The notes beneath the pieces were generated by a model. The model worked only from the letters and a program-made list of their open reading frames with translations, had not been told where the DNA came from and did not search any database. Shown one piece after another: positions 47,376 to 53,419 of a DNA stretch of 53,419 nt. Every line of letters begins with the position of its first letter. Within the stretch, counting starts at the first letter, position 1. Source of the DNA: Nitrospinota bacterium (GTDB lineage: Bacteria; Nitrospinota; Nitrospinia; Nitrospinales; VA-1); contig JAYNIA010000012.1 in assembly GCA_038108555.1 (NCBI GenBank), positions 1 through 53,419 on the forward strand, written 5' to 3'. The position numbers and the translations under genes were made by a program.

Positions 47376-49667
47376 ATGAATATAGATTCCCCATCGAACA
47401 ATCCTAAATCAGGACCATCACAAGATGAAAAACCCGGTGGCTTTAAATGGGTAAAATTATTGGGGCCTGTTTTCCTTTCGGCAGTGATCGCCCTTCCTTC
47501 AGGGCTCCCTTCATGGTTTGACGGTTTGCCGTGGGTTGGTTTCAATGAAACCCTTGTGATGGCTGTTCTCCTTCCCTTTTTGCTGATTGTGGGGCGTGGG
47601 TTTGTTTTTACACGTGGGCCTGTCCTCTTTCTGTTTGTCCTGTTCATTTTGAAAATGGTTGCTTTTTTGGGAGCCCCCTCCAGCGGTTGGCAAACCAGGG
47701 TTTTCCCAGATATGACACTGGATGAGGTGAAGCAAAACAAGTGGCGGAAAGGAATGTACGATGCCGTGACCTCTGGGAAATGGGTCAAAACCTATGCAAC
47801 AAATTGGGAGCAAAATTCTTCTGCAATTTTTCAAACTCCGTGGACCCAAAAATCACAATTCCCCCTGGACTGGTTCCTGCCTCATACCGTGGCTGAGAAA
47901 AATGAAAGGGAACAATTTGATTCCCTGCATCCCTGGATAAGTTTTGAAGGGGCTGCGACATTGTCCTCCGGATCCCGTCTGGTTTTAATTGCTCAGGGCG
48001 TGGTAGATGGAAGTTTAAGTTTCTTTGGAACAGAGGGAGAGCAGGTGAAGGTTCCCATTGCAAAAGATTTCCAGGAAGCCAGAAATATGGCGAGTCAGGC
48101 ACCTGAAGGTAGCGGGAGGATTGCTGGAAAACTGAAGTTTGAAGGCTTGGAGTGGTCATTTATTCCCGTCTTGGTGGATCAAGAGGGGAAAGTGAGTTCG
48201 GATCTTGGCCGCAAAGTTCTTTGGCAAGATTCCTCGGTTCTTAAAACTTCACCTAAAACTCTTGAGTATTTTGGCTGGCTGAGTTGGGTAACAGATGTCG
48301 GGCTTTGTTTGTTTTTCTCCATCTGGGGGATCTGGAGTTTTAGAAATTTATTTTTTGAGAGAATTCTTACTCCTCCCCTGGCAGTTTTTAGTGTAATGGT
48401 TGTTGCCTTGACATTTGTATTAGACCCTTTCTACACGTTTGCAATAAAAACGTTTCATTTAATAGATCCGAGCAAAATTACAAACCTTGGATTTTCCATT
48501 GTTATTGTTGGAGTTGCCTTTCTATTTTGGACTATCAGACAGAACGATTATAGAAATTTCCGGGCAGACCATCTTGGTACTACCCTTTTTCTTTTATTTG
48601 GACCGGCTGTCCTTATCTTTTTTTCTTATAAATGGATTCCCCAAATAGGCAATTGGTCAATTTGGTCGCAAGGGGACGACTGGACAGCGTATCAAAATTT
48701 TGCACGCAAAATAATCGTGGATGGAGAATGGCTGAGTGCCGGTGAAGGTGTTTTCGTCATGCAGCCCTTATATCGGTATTTTGTGGGGATCTACCATTTA
48801 TTGTTTGGGCAAAGTGCGTTTGTCCAACGGATGGCTGATGTGGCTTGTGTATTGGGAAGTACAATAATTATTGCACGACTGGTTGTGATGTTCCGCTTAT
48901 CCTGCCTGGTTGCATTTTTGTCTGCCCTTGCGTACCTGATGGCAAACTTGATTGGAACTTTCCGATACCGAATTGGCGAGGGGTTGGTTGAAAACCATGC
49001 CATGATCTTTTTGATGTTGGCTGCCTTGCATCTTTATAAAAGTCGGGAAGGGAGAATATCTACCGTCTTACTGGCTACTGCATTTGGAATCTTCGGCTAT
49101 TGGATGCGGCAGGATCATTTAGGAGCGATTGCAGGACTGGTTTTTTTGGCTCTGGAACCCGCAGGGCCATTAACTACAGGATGGAAAGGTTATTGGGAAC
49201 AATTTATACGGAACTGGAAAAAAATTGCAATGTATTGGGGAGGGGGAATTCTCAGCGTCCTTTTAATATGTTACCGCAACTGGTATCTGGGAGGCTCTTT
49301 TTATCCGACAGATAAAAGTCATCCAAATTTCATTGGGGAATTTGAACGAGGAAAATTTTATTTGATTTTAACCGGCAATGAATGGCCTGTCTTTCCTTCG
49401 ATATCCGGGATTATTGTTACTCTTGGAGTATTTTTCGCATTGATTGCATTGGTATGGCACCCCAGGTTCCTTGAAAATTTCCCTCTCAGCTTGGGAGTTA
49501 TTTTTATAGGTCTTCTCACCCCTTATGCCTTTTTGTGGACGGGAGCGTACGAACCCCGCTTTAGCATCCATATCCTTCCTCTGGCGATATTGTCTTGGGC
49601 GTTTGTTTTAAATAATTATTTTGCAAAAAATAATATTTTGCAAAATTCGGGGTGGGGCGGTCGTTAG
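47376..49667 (+). CDS. Large polytopic membrane protein, GT-C-like (paralogue 2)
   Basis: About 760 aa (start moved to ATG 47376), colinear with paralogue 1: FDGLPW, KTYAT.W, FPLDW, GDDWTAYQNFAR, GYWMRQDHLGAIAG, PRFSIHILP. Confidence 0.65.
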   Translation: MNIDSPSNNPKSGPSQDEKPGGFKWVKLLGPVFLSAVIALPSGLPSWFDGLPWVGFNETLVMAVLLPFLLIVGRGFVFTRGPVLFLFVLFILKMVAFLGAPSSGWQTRVFPDMTLDEVKQNKWRKGMYDAVTSGKWVKTYATNWEQNSSAIFQTPWTQKSQFPLDWFLPHTVAEKNEREQFDSLHPWISFEGAATLSSGSRLVLIAQGVVDGSLSFFGTEGEQVKVPIAKDFQEARNMASQAPEGSGRIAGKLKFEGLEWSFIPVLVDQEGKVSSDLGRKVLWQDSSVLKTSPKTLEYFGWLSWVTDVGLCLFFSIWGIWSFRNLFFERILTPPLAVFSVMVVALTFVLDPFYTFAIKTFHLIDPSKITNLGFSIVIVGVAFLFWTIRQNDYRNFRADHLGTTLFLLFGPAVLIFFSYKWIPQIGNWSIWSQGDDWTAYQNFARKIIVDGEWLSAGEGVFVMQPLYRYFVGIYHLLFGQSAFVQRMADVACVLGSTIIIARLVVMFRLSCLVAFLSALAYLMANLIGTFRYRIGEGLVENHAMIFLMLAALHLYKSREGRISTVLLATAFGIFGYWMRQDHLGAIAGLVFLALEPAGPLTTGWKGYWEQFIRNWKKIAMYWGGGILSVLLICYRNWYLGGSFYPTDKSHPNFIGEFERGKFYLILTGNEWPVFPSISGIIVTLGVFFALIALVWHPRFLENFPLSLGVIFIGLLTPYAFLWTGAYEPRFSIHILPLAILSWAFVLNNYFAKNNILQNSGWGGR
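49278..49333 (+). repeat. 56-bp direct repeat shared by the two GT-C-like paralogues (copy 2)
   Basis: 55 of 56 positions are identical to 46942-46997. Confidence 0.85.
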
Positions 49668-49705
49668 CTCTTTTGAAAAATTTTCCAGAAGAGAAATCGA
49701 GTCTA

Positions 49706-50983
49706 CTATTTAAGAGGATTTTTTAATATCCGGGGGCTGGGCAGGGGTACAATAAAATCACCCTTGAATCCCTTCTCTGCAATTTTGGGGGCGAGCTCTT
49801 CTGCAATATGCCATGAGAGTAAAAGTGCATATTCCGGCTGGTCTTCATAGAGCTCGGATTCATCGAGTACAGGAATAAGTGTTCCGGGAATATACTTTCC
49901 GACTTTATGGGAACCTTTGATTTCCAGAACACAGTCCATGATGCCATCATCAATTCCCACATAGTTGATGAGGGTGCTGGCCCGGGAGGGAGCACCAATA
50001 CCATAGACTTTTTCATTTCGTTTGCGGATATCCAAAAGCATGGAATGGAGTTCAAGTTTTGAAGCCACGACCCTGTTTTTAAAATCTACCAGTCCTTTTC
50101 CCTCAAGGTCTGTTTCTTTTTCTTTATTTAAGACCTCAGCCACAGTGGGTTTTACCTCGAATTTTCCTTTTCTGGAAACATAGGCCCGAATGGAGCCGCC
50201 ATGTGTTGGAATTTGTTTTGCGTGGAATATTTCCAGACCATGTTGTTCGAGAAGATACTTTAATGAATGCAGGGAATAGTACATCAGGTGTTCATGATAG
50301 ATCGTGTCGTATTGGAGCGTTTCGAGTAGAGACCCAAGATAATGGCATTCCGTAATGAATACTCCATCCTCGTCCAACAAATCCAGTATGCATTTTACAA
50401 TGTCATTGACCCCGTTTATATGCGCGAACACATTGGTGGCGGTCACCACTTTTGCGGGACCGTGTTCCGCCAAAATGGTTTTGACGACTTCTGGGCCGAA
50501 ATAAGAAATGATAGTGGGTATACCCCGTTCGATGGCAATTTTCCCAATTTCTTCCGGTGTCACTCCAACCACTTTATGGCCATCTTTGAAGTTGCTTAAC
50601 AAATTGCCGTCATTTGAGCCGATATCAACGACCAGATCATTTGCCTCCAGGGTCATTAGGCTTCGGCATTCTCGATACATTTCTGCAAAATTATCTTTGA
50701 GAATTTTTGTGGTACTGCTGGTATATGGGTATTCCGGTGGAAAAAGAATTCTAGGATCGACCACCAGACCGAGTTGAACCAGTTTGCATTTATTGCATTG
50801 CAATAGTTCCGCAGGATAACCCGATTGTTCTGCAGGCCGGTTGCCAATGGGGTGCATGGTATTGACCGGTGGCAAATATCCTAGAAAAAGTATGGAGCTT
50901 AGTTCCGTACTGTTGCAGACATGACAATGTGTTACCACGTAACTGGTCTGGTTTCCGTAGGGATTTGATTCGGATTGGTTCAT
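49706..50983 (-). CDS. NDP-hexose C-methyltransferase family protein (TylC3/EryBIII/TcaB9-like)
   Basis: 425 aa: Zn-binding CHVC...CNKC.LVQL, DIGSNDG, ATNVFAH, YDTIYHEH, THGGSIR, GIGAPSR, LLSWHIAEE. Confidence 0.9.
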   Translation of the reverse strand: MNQSESNPYGNQTSYVVTHCHVCNSTELSSILFLGYLPPVNTMHPIGNRPAEQSGYPAELLQCNKCKLVQLGLVVDPRILFPPEYPYTSSTTKILKDNFAEMYRECRSLMTLEANDLVVDIGSNDGNLLSNFKDGHKVVGVTPEEIGKIAIERGIPTIISYFGPEVVKTILAEHGPAKVVTATNVFAHINGVNDIVKCILDLLDEDGVFITECHYLGSLLETLQYDTIYHEHLMYYSLHSLKYLLEQHGLEIFHAKQIPTHGGSIRAYVSRKGKFEVKPTVAEVLNKEKETDLEGKGLVDFKNRVVASKLELHSMLLDIRKRNEKVYGIGAPSRASTLINYVGIDDGIMDCVLEIKGSHKVGKYIPGTLIPVLDESELYEDQPEYALLLSWHIAEELAPKIAEKGFKGDFIVPLPSPRILKNPLK

Positions 50984-51056
50984 TTTGACTGGGTCTGTGA
51001 CGTTGGTTTTAGAGAGAAACTTTGAGGTGTAAATTTTAACAGAAAACTATTTTTTA

Positions 51057-51896
51057 TTAATTCGCATAGTAATTGGGCAGGCAAACCCGGGCAGGGGCAC
51101 TTTTTTGTGATTTCCCTTTTCTTAAGTTTTTAATTCCCCACAGGAACCACTTCAGGTACTCAACAAACCAGGGACCCAGTTTAAATGTTGATTCCCCACC
51201 AAACAACCGGTCAATGGAAATAATTGGAACTTCACCCAATTTATATCCCTGTAATTGGGCTTTAATGCTCAATTCAAATGCAACTGCCCAACCGACAGGG
51301 CTGGACTCGAGTTTGATTTCATTAAAAAGTGATTTGCGGAACATTTTTATTCCAGTGGTGCAATCTGAAAGGGCGGATTGAAAAATATATAGAAATAATT
51401 TGTTCGCAAGCCAGGAAAGCATATGTCCGATTTTTGAGCCTCCCAGTCTTCTTCCGCCATGGGCGTAACGGGTACAACTAACCAGATCACAGCCTTCGTT
51501 CATCAAGTCGAGCATGTCATCGATGGCTAATACCGGACCCACCTCGTCTGCAGCGAAAATTAAAATATAATCTCCTTTTGCGGCATTGACTCCTGCTTTC
51601 AGGGCATTGACCACTCCAACCCCGGACTTGTTATGAATGAGCCGTGTGTTGGGAAACTGATCTTTCAGGCTGTTGGCAACTTCAATGGAGTCATCTTCAG
51701 GATGGTCATAAACAAATAAGACTTCGTGAGGAACTTCTATCACCCCACTCAATACCTTGAGCATGATCTTAATATTGACCCCTTCGTTTCGTACCGGGAC
51801 CAAAACAGTCAATACCAGGGAATCAGGAATTTGTTCTTGAGTCATATGGTGGAGTGTTTGGGTTGACCTTGAACCTGATTTTGCAAGCGTATTCAT
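51057..51896 (-). CDS. Glycosyltransferase family 2, DPM1/ArnC-like (polyprenol-phosphate sugar synthase)
   Basis: 279 aa (ATG 51845 is an alternative start): LVPVRNE, ALKAGV..AKGD, DLVSCTRY..GG, SDCTTGIK, EVPI...R..GES. Confidence 0.85.
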   Translation of the reverse strand: MNTLAKSGSRSTQTLHHMTQEQIPDSLVLTVLVPVRNEGVNIKIMLKVLSGVIEVPHEVLFVYDHPEDDSIEVANSLKDQFPNTRLIHNKSGVGVVNALKAGVNAAKGDYILIFAADEVGPVLAIDDMLDLMNEGCDLVSCTRYAHGGRRLGGSKIGHMLSWLANKLFLYIFQSALSDCTTGIKMFRKSLFNEIKLESSPVGWAVAFELSIKAQLQGYKLGEVPIISIDRLFGGESTFKLGPWFVEYLKWFLWGIKNLRKGKSQKSAPARVCLPNYYAN

Positions 51897-51982
51897 CTTA
51901 TTTTAAACCTAAATTGAAGTAATTTTGTTATATATCGGCATAAAAAAACAAAAAGGTAAGGAAGTTTGCCGATAAAATTCAA

Positions 51983-53098
51983 TTATTGGCTGGATTTTTC
52001 AAAAAAACTTCGGATTTGATGACAAACTTGATCAATTTCAGTTTCAGATAGCAAAAAAGAAGAGGGAAGCCAAAACGCCTGGGAAGACAATTTTGTGCTT
52101 TGCGGGAATTGATCATCAGGTAAAGCATAGGGTTTTTGAGTGTTGAGGGGATACCAAAACTTCCGGCAGACAATGTTTTTTTCTAAAAGAAATTCTACCA
52201 ATTCATCCCTTCGGGGACTCAATGCGTCCACCCATTGAGGAACTTCACCTTTCTCAATCGCGAACGGCAATAGTGTTAATTCTTCAATATCTTTTAAGGA
52301 TTCCTTGTATTGCAGGTAGGTGCTTTTAATTTTCTCAATACGGCTTTCCAGCTTTTCCAATTGGGCAATGCCAACAGCAGCCTGCATATTCGTCAATTTA
52401 AAATTGAAACCAGTACGATCATGAATGTCATTGCCTCCTGTTCCCCGTACCGGTCTTCCCTGGTCCTTTAACTCCCTCAATCTCACTTCAAGCGAATCAT
52501 CATTGGTTAAAACAACTCCCCCCTGGCCGGTAGTAATGGTTTTATTGGGGGAAAATGAAATGATCCCTGCGTTCCCAAGGGTGCCCAGGCATTTCCCATC
52601 CAATTTAGATAGAAGGGCTTCAGCGGCGTCTTCAATGACAATTAAATTGTGTTTTTTTGCAATTTCGAGAATGGCTGTCATGTCAGCCGCTCGTCCACTT
52701 ACATGAACCGGAATCACCGCTTTGGTATTTGGGGTAATGGCTTCCTGTAATTTTGAAGGGGAGAGGTTTAAGGATTCCGGCGAAACATCCACCAGTTTGG
52801 GCTTTGCTCCTGCAAGTGTGACTGCATTCGCGGTGGCAATGAAGGTGATATTCGGAACGATTACCTCATCTCCCGGACCAATCCCATAGGCTGCGAGAGC
52901 AAGAAATAAAGCGCTTGTCCCACTGGTGGAAGCTATTGCATGTTTGCAACCCAGTAGATCGGTTAATTTTTGCTCGAAGCGGGTGGTAAATTCTCCCTCA
53001 TTCAGGAAATTACTATCCAGGACCTGAAGCAGAAGCTCTTTTTCCTTTTCTCCTACCTGAGGTTCCCACCAGTCAATACTTTTTGGTCCGGTGTTCAT
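51983..53098 (-). CDS. DegT/DnrJ/EryC1/StrS PLP-dependent sugar aminotransferase
   Basis: 371 aa: TSGTSAL, GDEVIVPNITFIATANAV, EDAAEA, SFSPNKTITTGQGG, GFNFKLTN. Confidence 0.93.
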   Translation of the reverse strand: MNTGPKSIDWWEPQVGEKEKELLLQVLDSNFLNEGEFTTRFEQKLTDLLGCKHAIASTSGTSALFLALAAYGIGPGDEVIVPNITFIATANAVTLAGAKPKLVDVSPESLNLSPSKLQEAITPNTKAVIPVHVSGRAADMTAILEIAKKHNLIVIEDAAEALLSKLDGKCLGTLGNAGIISFSPNKTITTGQGGVVLTNDDSLEVRLRELKDQGRPVRGTGGNDIHDRTGFNFKLTNMQAAVGIAQLEKLESRIEKIKSTYLQYKESLKDIEELTLLPFAIEKGEVPQWVDALSPRRDELVEFLLEKNIVCRKFWYPLNTQKPYALPDDQFPQSTKLSSQAFWLPSSFLLSETEIDQVCHQIRSFFEKSSQ

Positions 53099-53133
53099 AG
53101 AGTAAATCCTAAAATGAAGACTTCATTTTTAAA

Positions 53134-53419
53134 TTATTTTGGTGCGTCATAATATTTTTCATCCACGATGACCATGGTTTTGTCGCCAATTTTTATATCA
53201 GCAGGAGGAAAAGGTTCAAATGTCATAGCGCGGATAAAATTCCTTATTTTTTCTCCAGACCAGGACCAATCGAGGACTCCATCATTCGGAAGACCCTTGG
53301 GGTAATAGGTAGCCTGGCTTTCATCCTGTTTCCGGGAAGGGATGGGATTTCCAGAAATCCATAATTCCAGAAAACTGCTGAAAAGTTTTTCTCCTTCAGC
53401 TGTAAATTTTTCCCATAAG
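53134..53419 (-). CDS. 3' part of a formyltransferase-family gene (truncated by the window edge; not in the ORF track)
   Basis: Minus frame open from the edge to TAA at 53134-53136: LWEKFTAEGEKLF...KQDESQATYYPK...DGVLDWSWSGEKIRNFIRAMTFEPFPPA, matching the Fmt linker and C-terminal region. Confidence 0.78.
   Translation of the reverse strand, partial: LWEKFTAEGEKLFSSFLELWISGNPIPSRKQDESQATYYPKGLPNDGVLDWSWSGEKIRNFIRAMTFEPFPPADIKIGDKTMVIVDEKYYDAPK

Noticed and set aside
44958..49571. Parallel antisense or alternate-frame ORFs in both paralogues (e.g. 44958-45341 and 47312-47788; 46689-46979 and 49100-49315) as conserved overlapping genes
   Set aside because: Their similarity follows from the paralogy of the host genes, and they have no independent motifs.
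1..53419. CRISPR arrays, tRNA/rRNA genes, transposases or integrases
   Set aside because: No regularly spaced repeats, RNA gene signatures or recombinase motifs were recognised by eye; a tool scan could still find small elements.

Overview
Bacterial chromosomal window, AT-rich (roughly 40% GC by eye). The left ~4.7 kb holds an NADP-type isocitrate dehydrogenase (icd), a frameshifted remnant of an SbtA-type Na+/bicarbonate permease directly upstream of it, an NhaR-like LysR regulator, a divergent GC-rich hairpin with an anti-Shine-Dalgarno loop (candidate sRNA), a 2TM+CBS protein and a LamG-motif remnant. From ~4.8 kb to the right edge lies a large, strand-mosaic surface-glycan (O-antigen/EPS) island. 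Its assembly genes are wzz, two wzx, a wzy-like and a WaaL-like gene, a small phosphoglycosyl transferase, a PglF-like dehydratase, four GT-B, one GT2 and three GT-C-like membrane proteins. Its tailoring enzymes are two AsnB-type amidotransferases, WbuX/HisH2/HisF2, three formyltransferase domains (one fused to an acetyltransferase), two DegT aminotransferases, two deacetylases, three class I methyltransferases, an NDP-sugar C-methyltransferase, and B12-dependent and SPASM radical SAM enzymes. A cysteine-paired modular pentapeptide-repeat protein is embedded in the island. No rRNA, tRNA, CRISPR or IS element was recognised. All calls come from motif recognition by eye; no database search was run.
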